The notes under the pieces were generated by a model. The model had not been told where the DNA came from. It saw only the letters and a list, made by a program, of their open reading frames with translations, and did no database searches. Shown here piece after piece: positions 30,561 through 40,295 of a stretch of DNA of 48,758 bases. The position numbers and the translations under genes are program-made. Source of the stretch: Candidatus Nitrosocosmicus sp. (lineage in GTDB: Archaea > Thermoproteota > Nitrososphaeria > Nitrososphaerales > Nitrososphaeraceae); NCBI GenBank assembly GCA_040297625.1, contig JBDUES010000208.1, positions 1 through 48,758 on the forward strand. The letters run 5' to 3'. Positions within the stretch are counted from its first letter, which is position 1. Each line of letters starts with the position of its first letter.

Positions 30561-31811
30561 GGTTCTGTTAACAGTTATGTAAATAGACATATACGCTCTT
30601 TATGTAAACTGTTTATAGTTGTTTTATCTGCATGTTTTTTTTATTATAATTATATGTCCAATTTGATACTGCTTTACTTATATCATATCCATTTCTGAAA
30701 TTTGAATTGTTTATCGCTTACTTACATGTAAATCCACATCCATCGACTTCAGTCAGGTTTAGTTCTGGAGATCTAATTGGCAGAAATACTAGGTGTATTC
30801 TTGAATAGTAGTTTGATATTGTTTGCATTACCTTGTTGGATTTGTGTATCGATATGTTACCAATATCATAAATATCTGCTATATACCAGAATCACATTTT
30901 CCGTCCACTATTCTTTTAATAAAACCTATGAATGGATTTCCCGCTGCCATCCTTTGATAACCATGTGTCCATATTTGGTTATCGTGGTATGAACATAGAC
31001 ACGGACACCCACAAACACATTCAAAATTCCTTTTATCTTTTAAGCCTTGGATACATTCCTTGGACTGTATCAATGACCACGATGTACCATCATCTGTCTT
31101 TGCTGCGATAGGTCCATTTTCATCTTCATAAAGTAGGATCGAGTCTAGAGGAGGTCGTACCTTAGGTCTTCAATCCTCTTTTTTTCCAAATAGTATTCTG
31201 CTGGATCTAGGCTGCAGGCGCCCAAAGTCATCTTTGACCGTCTCCATTTTAATCCATGTTTTAGTAGAACGATTTCTATTTCAGGATGACTGATATACTA
31301 CTATCTACCAGTTTTATGTCTATTGTATTAAATCCAGCAATTACACATAACGACCGCATGGAAAATAGTAGTCCATAATCTTTTCGTGGATTTCTGGTTA
31401 CTGTTTTTATACTTTCTTTTTCAATAACGTTCGTAATTTTGATTGGTTTGTGTTTGTGTATTTTGGATACTGTTCTATCCATACGTTTTTCATTAAAATG
31501 ATGAAACCATTTTCTAATGTTGTGTTGTCATGATGGTTAGTAATCCGTCTAATTTCTGGAACTGCGTATCCGTCATCTTTAAGCAGGATAATCTTGGCCC
31601 TATAATCTTCAATTAGTTTATTATCCTCAATTAGATTGTGAAGTATATTTCTCTCCCCTTTTAGTGATACTCCTGATGAATGTATCACTCATATGATATT
31701 ATTACTGTTGTTATTAGCTAAAGATGTTGTTATAAAATTATTTTGTCATAATAATCATTTTTTGTGTACAATAATCATTAGTATACCTATTACATACCTA
31801 TTAACAGCGCC
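30561..31811 (-). mobile_element. Degenerate IS630-type insertion sequence
   Basis: Contains a transposase pseudogene; imperfect inverted ends GGTTCTGTTAACAG (30561-30574) and CTATTAACAGCGCC (31798-31811), 11/14 match. Confidence 0.65.
30575..31688 (-). pseudogene. IS630-family transposase, multiple frameshifts and stops
   Basis: Fragments YRAKIILLKDDGYAVPEI (HTH), RNPRKDYGL, ILLYEDENGPIAAKT, SPELNL.EV-like and ...SLHKERICLFT* across several frames. Confidence 0.8.
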
Positions 31812-32070
31812 AGTGCGCATCCAATATTTATAAAAAGTGGCATAAACAATTTATCTGATAACAATAATAGAGATAGAAACTAAATAAGAATAAACAGTTA
31901 TTACAATAGAAAAAATATTAAAATATCATTACTGTGGATAGGATAAATAATTTATTTTAAATTATAAATTAATATAGAAAAAATGGTAATATATGCAAAG
32001 TTTTAGGTTTTTAAACTAAATTCAAAAGTAAAAAACATTATAAATCTTCTCTCTGCTCCCCCACTACCTG

Positions 32071-32589
32071 TTAAGTATCAAAATTATTTTGAAATTTATT
32101 AATTATAAAATCAACAGCATAACTTGGAGATTTGTATTTTTCTATCAGGATTCGCTTCCTTTCATCCAAAAATTTTCCACCATACATGTCGGAGGTACCT
32201 CCACTATCTTCAATTGAAACCATAATCTTTTTAGCCATATATCCTACACATAATTCAATTAAAGTTCCTACTCCACCACCTACAGATATTATGCCATCTG
32301 ATGAATAAGATACTATGAAGTCCCTTGAATAACCAACTCCAGTACAAATAACTATTTCACAATATTCATTAGCTTTGGAATAATCATCTTGAGGAACAAT
32401 TCCCACGGTTAAACCCCCCTGATCTTTCGCACCCTTGCAAGCATATTCCATTACACCACCAAGCCCACCACAAATTAAAACAGCTTTTTTTTTAGCTATC
32501 TCTCTACCTACATCATATGCAAGATCCAAGGTTTTTAACGGTAATGAATTATCGTTATAGCCTATAACACCAATCTGAATTTTTTTCAA
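32071..32589 (-). CDS. TIGR00725/LOG (SLOG superfamily) Rossmann-fold protein
   Basis: IGVIG, LICGGLGGVME, TVGIVP, GGGVGTLIE. TTG start. Confidence 0.88.
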   Translation of the reverse strand: MKKIQIGVIGYNDNSLPLKTLDLAYDVGREIAKKKAVLICGGLGGVMEYACKGAKDQGGLTVGIVPQDDYSKANEYCEIVICTGVGYSRDFIVSYSSDGIISVGGGVGTLIELCVGYMAKKIMVSIEDSGGTSDMYGGKFLDERKRILIEKYKSPSYAVDFIINKFQNNFDT

Positions 32590-32711
32590 TTTATATTTAG
32601 ACTATGAATTTCTAATTAAATTGTTGGATTTAAATCATCATTGATGAATATATATAATGGGTCTCATTTGATACAGAAATGTATTTATTCCCATGTTTGG
32701 ATTTTTTATGT

Positions 32712-32882
32712 ATGAGTAAGAAGGCAAAAAAGAATGCACCTTTACCCGCTTCAAGCGCTGGCCTATTGAGATTTTTTGAGGATGAAACAAAAGGAATAAA
32801 GGTAAAGCCAGAAATTATTTTAGGCGTATCAGGAGCTTTGATTGCCATCTCAGTAGCAATAAAGATTTTATTTCCGGTATAA
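32712..32882 (+). CDS. Preprotein translocase subunit Sec61-beta (archaeal SecG)
   Basis: APLPASSAGLLRFFEDE..GIKVKP followed by one TM helix; start re-called at ATG 32712 (56 aa). Confidence 0.92.
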   Translation: MSKKAKKNAPLPASSAGLLRFFEDETKGIKVKPEIILGVSGALIAISVAIKILFPV

Positions 32883-32903
32883 TATCTCTTTTTCTGACTT
32901 TTA

Positions 32904-34667
32904 ATGAGCGATTCAGAATCAGACAGTATTTCAAGCCTGCATAAAAGATGGATATTTACAAACATAAACCCAACTTCCAAAAAGTTTTCTTATATAATTG
33001 CAATTGCGAGCTTGATCACAAATATACTAGTAATTAATTTTATAATAACGCCTCACAACCTGTTAGAATTTCTTAAATCTTCTCCCATAATTGTAAGTAT
33101 TTTTTCAGCAACCCTATTGTTTGATTATCTTTCCCTTAAAGGGACCCCACTCAACAGATTTTCAAAGGTTTTACATGTAGCAGCGTTTGCTAGCCTACTA
33201 TGGACAATAACAGTAATCCTTAGCTATATTTCAGGATTTATAATTTATACAAATCACGCAGCCATCAATTCGGTCATGCAAGGAATGTTTATGGCAATCG
33301 GATTACGAATAGGAATTTTTACATCCGTATTCGGTGCATCATTAAAGAGAGCAATTCCAATATCATTTATACAACCATTAATCATTTTTATCATAATATC
33401 ATTTTTATACTTTAATCACATCTTTTTTACAAATCTTTCAGTTTATTTGTTTGGAGCAATAATTTTAACCACAGGAATATTGTGGGCAATAATAATAGAC
33501 AGACTAGGAAGACCTCGTTTTGCAAGTGCCTTTAAGATATTACAAGCTTTTCTGAAAGCATGGACTGAAAATAAATCGGAGGAAATGGAGAGGATAGCAG
33601 AAGAGAAAGCAAATTCAAGACTCGTTAAAACTTTTTTAGTGAAATTAAAATCTCAAAAAAATGTTACAATAGTGCTTCCAGAACTGCACCCCGGTCCATT
33701 TAATCCAATTGGAGGAAGTAATCTTCCTTATGATATTTTCAAATTTTATTCAAATTCAGCTATGGTTATGCACAGTATTTCAGATCATTCGCTGAATATC
33801 CCTTCGCATAGAGAAGTAAAAAAATATCTGGATTCACTAAATCAATCAGAATTTCTAGAATCAGGTGATAAATGCACAATACCAATTGCACATTCAATAA
33901 ACGATTGCAATTGTACTGGGTTTGCCCTTGGTAAGAATGTTATTATATTTTTATCTAAATCACCATCAGGAATGGAAGATATTCCTCAAGAGGTTAAATT
34001 ATCTCTCGAACAATATTCAAAAGAATTAGGTTTTGAACAAATTTTAATAATTGATGCTCACAACTCTATGGGAGAAAAAATCGAAAAACAAGACATAAAC
34101 AATTTTGTATATGTGGGGAGAAAATGTCTGGAAAAAATAACAGAATCAGAACAATTTCCATTCAAAGTTGGATATTCAAATAGTTTTCAAATAAAAGATC
34201 AAATAACCAAATCTCCTGATTTAGGAGACGGTCAATTCGGTTTACTAACTATTTCAATAAAAAATAAAGAATATGGTTTATGTTGGTGTGATTCTAACAA
34301 CATGAAAAATGGAATAAGAGAAAAAATTATAGCCATGTTAAAAACTGAAGGATATAATATTATAGAAATTTGTACATCAGACTCACATTCAACATCAGGT
34401 AAAAGAAATACCAAAGGATATTATACTTTGGGAGATATAATAAATGAAACAAAAATAATAAACATATTTAGTCAACTAGTAAAACTATCTAGAGAATCAA
34501 TTAATGATTCTATCTATGAGATACATAAATCAGAAAGCCAGGTAATGGTTATGGGAAATGATCAGTTTGATGACTATTCTATTGCTTTAGAAAAGTCTTT
34601 TAAGGTTACTAAAGTTTTTCTTGCAGTAACATTTGTCATTTATATTGCAATGTTACTTGTTACCTGA
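32904..34667 (+). CDS. DUF2070 family membrane protein
   Basis: N-terminal TM bundle; HPGPF..IGGSNLP, MHSISDH, IDAHN, DSNNM, TSDSH motifs. Confidence 0.85.
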   Translation: MSDSESDSISSLHKRWIFTNINPTSKKFSYIIAIASLITNILVINFIITPHNLLEFLKSSPIIVSIFSATLLFDYLSLKGTPLNRFSKVLHVAAFASLLWTITVILSYISGFIIYTNHAAINSVMQGMFMAIGLRIGIFTSVFGASLKRAIPISFIQPLIIFIIISFLYFNHIFFTNLSVYLFGAIILTTGILWAIIIDRLGRPRFASAFKILQAFLKAWTENKSEEMERIAEEKANSRLVKTFLVKLKSQKNVTIVLPELHPGPFNPIGGSNLPYDIFKFYSNSAMVMHSISDHSLNIPSHREVKKYLDSLNQSEFLESGDKCTIPIAHSINDCNCTGFALGKNVIIFLSKSPSGMEDIPQEVKLSLEQYSKELGFEQILIIDAHNSMGEKIEKQDINNFVYVGRKCLEKITESEQFPFKVGYSNSFQIKDQITKSPDLGDGQFGLLTISIKNKEYGLCWCDSNNMKNGIREKIIAMLKTEGYNIIEICTSDSHSTSGKRNTKGYYTLGDIINETKIINIFSQLVKLSRESINDSIYEIHKSESQVMVMGNDQFDDYSIALEKSFKVTKVFLAVTFVIYIAMLLVT

Positions 34668-34708
34668 GTACAAAATTTATTTTTTAAATTTACCAATGAA
34701 AATTATAA

Positions 34709-34781
34709 TGGATGGAGAGAGATTTGAACTCTCGATCACCTGTGTGTGAGACAGGTATCTTAACCACTAGACTACCCATCC
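34709..34781 (-). tRNA. tRNA-Val (anticodon CAC)
   Basis: GGATGGG/TCCATCC acceptor stem, GTCT-AGTGGTTA-AGAT D arm, CCTGT-CT-CAC-AC-ACAGG anticodon arm, GAGAG-TTCAAAT-CTCTC T arm; CCA not encoded. Confidence 0.95.
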
Positions 34782-34882
34782 AAAGATGATTTATTTATGG
34801 ATACCTAATTTTATATTTTTTTCATTTATTTATAAATTTAACACTTGCATATCATCTTGACAATATAATAAAAAGATAGAAT

Positions 34883-36139
34883 TCAAGTCCCTTCGCCATA
34901 ATCATGGAGATATTTGTATTGATTCTCAGTCAAGTTATCGATTTTGATATCCATAGATTCTAATTTCAATCGTGCAATATTAAGATCTTGCTCTCTATCG
35001 ATTTCATATATTTTATTTTCAAAAGAGCCTTTATTTTCTGCAAGGTGTAAAACAGAAAGAAACTGGTTGGCAAAACTCATATCCATAACTTCAGAAGGAT
35101 GACCTTCAGCAGCAACCAAATTTACTAGTCTGCCTTCTCCGATTAGATTGATTTTATTACCATTTTTAAGAATAAATTGTTCTACGTTTTCATTTAGATT
35201 ACGTGTAGAATTTGATAAACTCTCTAGATCATTTATTGATATTTCAACATTAAAATGACCTGCATTTGCAAGGATTGTACCGTTGTTCATTTTCTCAATA
35301 TGAGAACCAGTTATTACATCTTTACAACCAGTAGATGTAATAAATATGTCACCTAAAGAAGATGCTTCTAGCATCGGTTTAACAATATATCCATCCATTT
35401 TTGCCTTTAACGCATTAATAGGATCCACTTCGGTTACAACAACAGATGAACCATGTCCACTACACCTAGATGCTATTCCTTTTCCTACATGCCCATAGCC
35501 AGCAACAACAACGGTTTTCCCTGCCATAAGAATATTAGTAGATCGTATAATCCCATCCAGAGCAGATTGTCCTGTTCCATATACGTTATCAAAATCATGT
35601 TTAGTCTCAGCATCATTCACTGCAATGATAGGATATTGTAGTTTATTGTTTCTTTCAAGGGCCCTTAAACGCATAACACCTGTTGTAGTTTCCTCTGTTC
35701 CTCCTATGACATTATCACCATATTTATCCATTGTTTTATGAAATTCGATTGTTAGATCGGCGCCATCATCAATAGTTATATGAGGTTTAAATTTTAAAAC
35801 TGAATAAATATCTTCATAATATTCTTCATTATTAACGCCTCTACTTGCAAATACAGATAATCCATCATCTACCACTAACGAAGCAGCGATATCATCACTA
35901 GTACTTAAGGGATTGCACCCTGACCAAGCTATTTCCGCACCTGCAGAATGTAATGTTTTAATTAATACAGCTGTTTCTTTTGTGACATGTAAACAACCTC
36001 CAATAACCATATTTTCCAATGGTTTAGAATCTTGATATTTCTTTTGTAAAGATAGTAATACAGGCATATGAGATTCTGCCCATTCTATTTTTTTCTTACC
36101 ATAAGAAGACAAAGACTTGTCTTTGATTCGATATTCCAT
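34883..36139 (-). CDS. ahcY: S-adenosylhomocysteine hydrolase
   Basis: GCLHVTKETAVL, CNPLST, DDGADL, EETTTG, DNVYGTGQS, GYGHVGKG, GRLVNL, GHPSEVMDMSFANQ; start probably ATG 36139. Confidence 0.96.
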   Translation of the reverse strand: MEYRIKDKSLSSYGKKKIEWAESHMPVLLSLQKKYQDSKPLENMVIGGCLHVTKETAVLIKTLHSAGAEIAWSGCNPLSTSDDIAASLVVDDGLSVFASRGVNNEEYYEDIYSVLKFKPHITIDDGADLTIEFHKTMDKYGDNVIGGTEETTTGVMRLRALERNNKLQYPIIAVNDAETKHDFDNVYGTGQSALDGIIRSTNILMAGKTVVVAGYGHVGKGIASRCSGHGSSVVVTEVDPINALKAKMDGYIVKPMLEASSLGDIFITSTGCKDVITGSHIEKMNNGTILANAGHFNVEISINDLESLSNSTRNLNENVEQFILKNGNKINLIGEGRLVNLVAAEGHPSEVMDMSFANQFLSVLHLAENKGSFENKIYEIDREQDLNIARLKLESMDIKIDNLTENQYKYLHDYGEGT

Positions 36140-36181
36140 AAGTAAAAAAAATATAGAGTCCATATATTACTCTAACATAAT

Positions 36182-36847
36182 CTGAAAATCCAAAGAGAAT
36201 TTTTTGAAAGAGATACTTCCAAGGTAGCTTATGACCTTATTGGAAAAAAACTAGTAAGATATGTGGATTTTTTTGGAAAATATTACAAACTAAGTGGAAT
36301 AATAGTAGAAACTGAAGCTTATGGTTGCGATAATGATCCAGCAAGTCATGCATTTAAAAAAATGACTAATCGTAATAAAGTAATGTTTGGCGATGTAGGA
36401 AAGGTGTATGTTTATTTTATTTATGGGAATCACTATTGTTTTAACATAGTAGCAAAAAATAATGATTGTGTAGCAGGTGCTATTTTAATAAGATCTATCC
36501 AACCCCTGGAAGGAGTGAATTTGATGAGAATTTTTAGAAGAACAAACAATATATTGAATTTAACATCAGGTCCAGGAAAACTATCACAGGCTTTTAAAAT
36601 ATCGAAGAATCATAATAAAGTTGACATTACAGACAGTAAAAATAATTTTTTCTATTTGGAAGAAGGAGAAATATACAACCAAGAAAATAGAAATTTTAAT
36701 GGATTCAAAGTCTTGGAGACAAGCAGGATTGGCATATCTAATGCATTAGAAAAAAAATGGAGATTCATTATGATGAATCCAAAGAATAGAAAAACAAATA
36801 GTTCGGATGAGTATATTCCCAATCTCTTTCTATCCAAAAGAGGTTAA
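36182..36847 (+). CDS. DNA-3-methyladenine glycosylase (MPG/AAG family); start extended to a putative non-canonical CTG
   Basis: GIIVETEAY, DPASHA, YVYFIYGNHYCFNIV, GAILIR, LTSGPGKL, RIGIS, WRF. The conserved N-terminal FFERDTSKVAYDLIGKKLVR lies upstream of GTG 36263 in the same frame. Confidence 0.88.
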   Translation: MKIQREFFERDTSKVAYDLIGKKLVRYVDFFGKYYKLSGIIVETEAYGCDNDPASHAFKKMTNRNKVMFGDVGKVYVYFIYGNHYCFNIVAKNNDCVAGAILIRSIQPLEGVNLMRIFRRTNNILNLTSGPGKLSQAFKISKNHNKVDITDSKNNFFYLEEGEIYNQENRNFNGFKVLETSRIGISNALEKKWRFIMMNPKNRKTNSSDEYIPNLFLSKRG

Positions 36848-36918
36848 TTTTTAATTACAAATTAGATTAAAACCTTAAACAATTTTTTATAAATATTACA
36901 ATTAAAATGTTTTAATAA

Positions 36919-37245
36919 ATGCCACTCAGAGATTTCCTGGTACCCGAAGAACAAATTAAATTTATTTGTAAAAGAGACATAGAATATGCTAACAAGAAAT
37001 ATGAGTTGTTTATCACAAATAAAAGAATTTTATTATATAAAAAAAGGGGAATCTTAAATAAATCTGAGGATGTTATTTGTGAAAAGATAGAAAGGCTTGC
37101 AGGTTTAGAATACAAAGAAAAGGGAGGATTATTTAATCTAGCAAAAATATCTATCAAAGGAGGAATAAAAATAGATATCAAAGGTCCATCCAAAGAAGTA
37201 AAAAATATGTTTCAAATATTAGAGTGTTTAATAAATGTGAAATAA
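36919..37245 (+). CDS. Small PH-domain-like (bPH) hypothetical protein
   Basis: L.PEEQI...LFITNKRILLYKKRGIL...I.GLEYKEKGGLF..AKISI pattern. Confidence 0.65.
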   Translation: MPLRDFLVPEEQIKFICKRDIEYANKKYELFITNKRILLYKKRGILNKSEDVICEKIERLAGLEYKEKGGLFNLAKISIKGGIKIDIKGPSKEVKNMFQILECLINVK

Positions 37246-37504
37246 AAATTCGTTTCATAAGGTTATAATATGTCGGTATTTTTTTAGGAAAAGCCGTTAA
37301 AGGATCATTTGAATTATTTTGTGTATGTTTTTGTTTATAACACGTATCTACCTTGGTTGTTATTGTTCTATGAATTTTGGTTTTAATATAATTAATAACA
37401 TTCAACAACAACAATAACAACAAATGTTAACAAATAAAACCCAAGAAGTTGAATCGAATTAAAAAGGAAAAAAGAACAAAAGGATTCAGATAAATTATAG
37501 TTAA

Positions 37505-37804
37505 TTATACATCCAAAACAGTTAATTTCCCGTAGCGTCCAATATTCAAGCTATTATCTCCACGAAATGCCTGAGTATAACCGTTTTCTATCAAGATTTT
37601 ATCACCTTCTTTTATCATCTTTATTTGATCATCCCACAATGATAACTTGATATTTCCGGTATTGTCCGCAATTATAGCATCAGCAACCTGGGCTGAACCC
37701 CCTGCTCTCAAATTTACTGTTCGGGGTTCTGTTATTTTTTCTACAGTGCCTTCAACCGTTACATGTCTCATATCATTTGTTAATTCACTAATATTCATAC
37801 TCAT
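37505..37804 (-). CDS. Single-OB-fold ssDNA-binding protein (SSB/RPA)
   Basis: ISEL...VTVEG.V...VADAIIADNTGNIKLSLWD...ENGY...LNIGRYG. Confidence 0.9.
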   Translation of the reverse strand: MSMNISELTNDMRHVTVEGTVEKITEPRTVNLRAGGSAQVADAIIADNTGNIKLSLWDDQIKMIKEGDKILIENGYTQAFRGDNSLNIGRYGKLTVLDV

Positions 37805-37936
37805 CTTTTAGAATATGTTTTATTTTAATTAATATTAAATTTTCTCATTTCTTATAAAGATGTGAATTTACACCATAATAGATATAATAAGCAAAAGAAA
37901 TAAAAATAATGATTATAATCCATTATTTCTAAACGA

Positions 37937-38040
37937 GGAGGAGTCGCGAAGCCAGGTCAAACGCGCAGGACTCAAGATTATAAAAAAGGGAAATCCCGTC
38001 CTTTAGGGGTTCGTGGGTTCGAATCCCACCTCCTCCACCA
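37937..38040 (+). tRNA. tRNA-Leu (anticodon CAA) with a 16-nt intron at 37/38 (37977-37992) and encoded CCA
   Basis: GGAGGAG/CTCCTCC acceptor stem plus ACCA; CAGGA-CT-CAA-G[intron]A-TCCCG; long variable arm; GTGGG-TTCGAAT-CCCAC T arm. Confidence 0.9.
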
Positions 38041-38590
38041 TTAAAATTACATTGATTTATACTAAAATCAAAAAATTAAGAAATATTTCAATAAACTGCA
38101 TATGATATTTTACAAACAATATTAAACAAATCATATGTTTTTAATTTCTCATGACAATCATTAAATGTTATAATAAAACATAATATGTTTCAAATTATAA
38201 ATATTAGAAAATATTATACCAACAGTGACTGTTCATCCCTCAATACATATTATCAAACCTTTATCGTAAAGATGTAGAAGGTATATGGATGGATACAGAG
38301 AATATAAAAAATAAATCTAGTGATACCATTATTTGAATTCGTTATGAAATTACCAATTTAGAATATAAAAAAACGATATTTTTTAAATGGAATAGAGAGA
38401 TCACCAATAGATTGCTATGGAAAAGTCCTCTGATTTAATATAACATATTAGCACCATCGTCCCTCTCTGATAACAATACCATGTTTTTAAAAAACAATGT
38501 GGAAAAATTTTACAATTATGGAATAAAAATATAAAATCAGGAAATATAACCGAATATAAATAATAAAAATTATATCTTTTTAATCATATA

Positions 38591-39979
38591 TTATTTTTTA
38601 ACTACATAAAAATCTAAGAATTTAAGATTATTTTTTCCAAGAGCTTTAGAAAGATAATATTCAATAACAGAATAAAAACCCGGGAATGATTCAATCAGTC
38701 CTATTATAGGACACAATATTAATGTTTGAATATGTAAAAGAATTCTTTTATAGAAACTCATCTTTGTATATCTAAGATTTAGGAATAAACCAATTTGATA
38801 AGACATTATCCAAATCAGGCTTGAAAATAATAATATCAAACCCAAACTACTATCGAAAATTTGAATGTCAGTTAACGGTTTAAAAACATCACCGGATGAA
38901 TTTGAAATATGGTTCAATCTATCCATCCAAACGGAAATATCAAATCCCATATTATAGGTCCAATCAAAACGAATAAATGAAAAAATACTTGATATTTTTG
39001 GAATATTCACATATAATGTCAAACTAAGAGAAATTATACCAGAAATAAAAGATAAAAAGAAAGATGTACATCTATATATCAATCGTAATTTAAATAATTT
39101 AGAAAAATTTTCAATATTTTGTAAATTGCCTATAATCCATCTTCTTCTTTGCATAAAATGATCTTTTATATTAAGAGGTGGCTGTTCCAATAGGATGCCA
39201 CCATGCCAACCCATCGATTTTTTTCCATATTTTTTATAAACTTCATATCCAAATCTCTGGTCTTCTGCTAAAATCGGACCAAATTCCCACCCAATTAAAT
39301 CCTCAACATCGGATCGGACTAACAAATTACTTCCATGCATATGTATGGGAGGGGGATTATTCATATGAGTTACACATTCAAAACAACCAAAAGATCTAGG
39401 AGATTCTGCCAATGCAGTAATTCTATTTGCGACTTCAAATTTTAATGGATAGAAAATTGGGCCTTCTCCAGCAACCCCCCTTTTTTCACGAATGAATTTC
39501 AATAGTGAAAGTACAGTTTGACGAACAACATAACTTTCATCATCCATATGAAAAATCCAATAATCAGAGGAATGTTGATTATTTTTTCTTCTGTATTCTA
39601 CGGCATACTGTAATGCCCTTGCTTTTTTAATTGCATTAGGTTTAAATTTTTTACTTACACATATAACCTTACATAATGAAGAATTTAATGTATTAATATC
39701 ATTGTAATCCTCAGTTACGACAGATATCTCATATTTATAATATTTTATTCCATTACAAGAATCGATAATAGAATCTATTCCTCTTTTTACAACAGAAGTT
39801 TTTGTTGCAGAACGAGTGGTTATCTGGAAAATAATTTGAGGATCATTAGATACTCTTGTCAAATCCTTTTCAATAAATCTTTGACTATTTTTAACAAATC
39901 GATAAAATAAAATAATGGCTTTAGGTATAAAAAATATCCATAAAATAGTAGCAAATAAAATTGCAGGATTACTAATCAA
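38591..39979 (-). CDS. GT2-family membrane glycosyltransferase (egghead-like)
   Basis: KKARALQY, FHMDDES, AED, QRRRW; N-terminal TM helix and C-terminal TM helices. TTG start. Confidence 0.85.
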   Translation of the reverse strand: MISNPAILFATILWIFFIPKAIILFYRFVKNSQRFIEKDLTRVSNDPQIIFQITTRSATKTSVVKRGIDSIIDSCNGIKYYKYEISVVTEDYNDINTLNSSLCKVICVSKKFKPNAIKKARALQYAVEYRRKNNQHSSDYWIFHMDDESYVVRQTVLSLLKFIREKRGVAGEGPIFYPLKFEVANRITALAESPRSFGCFECVTHMNNPPPIHMHGSNLLVRSDVEDLIGWEFGPILAEDQRFGYEVYKKYGKKSMGWHGGILLEQPPLNIKDHFMQRRRWIIGNLQNIENFSKLFKLRLIYRCTSFFLSFISGIISLSLTLYVNIPKISSIFSFIRFDWTYNMGFDISVWMDRLNHISNSSGDVFKPLTDIQIFDSSLGLILLFSSLIWIMSYQIGLFLNLRYTKMSFYKRILLHIQTLILCPIIGLIESFPGFYSVIEYYLSKALGKNNLKFLDFYVVKK

Positions 39980-40295
39980 ACAATTGACTATAATATTCTC
40001 TTTTATAATAATTTAATCGTTAATTTAATTTATAACTTCAATCTTCTTTGTTGCATGATTAGTAAATCGTTTTTTAAGTTAAGGTTTTAATATTATATTG
40101 GAAAAGTATATAGTCATGATTTAATATGATTTGCTAAAAATATGGCATAGTTTTAACTGTTTTTCTAATAATGTAACAAAACAACTTTAATACCATCTAA
40201 TTAATAATTTCTTTTTGCAATTACTATTAAAGTAAATTTCTAGAAAAAGCATATATAATAACTTTTATAAGTAATATAATAATGAATAATAATTT

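Noticed and set aside
30777-31688. Short ORFs of 64-93 aa as independent genes
   Set aside because: Fragments or antisense shadows of one IS630-type pseudogene.
37403-37423. (AAC)n microsatellite and the 81-aa ORF 37178-37423 starting in it
   Set aside because: Simple low-complexity repeat; the ORF overlaps a real gene antisense and has no motif.
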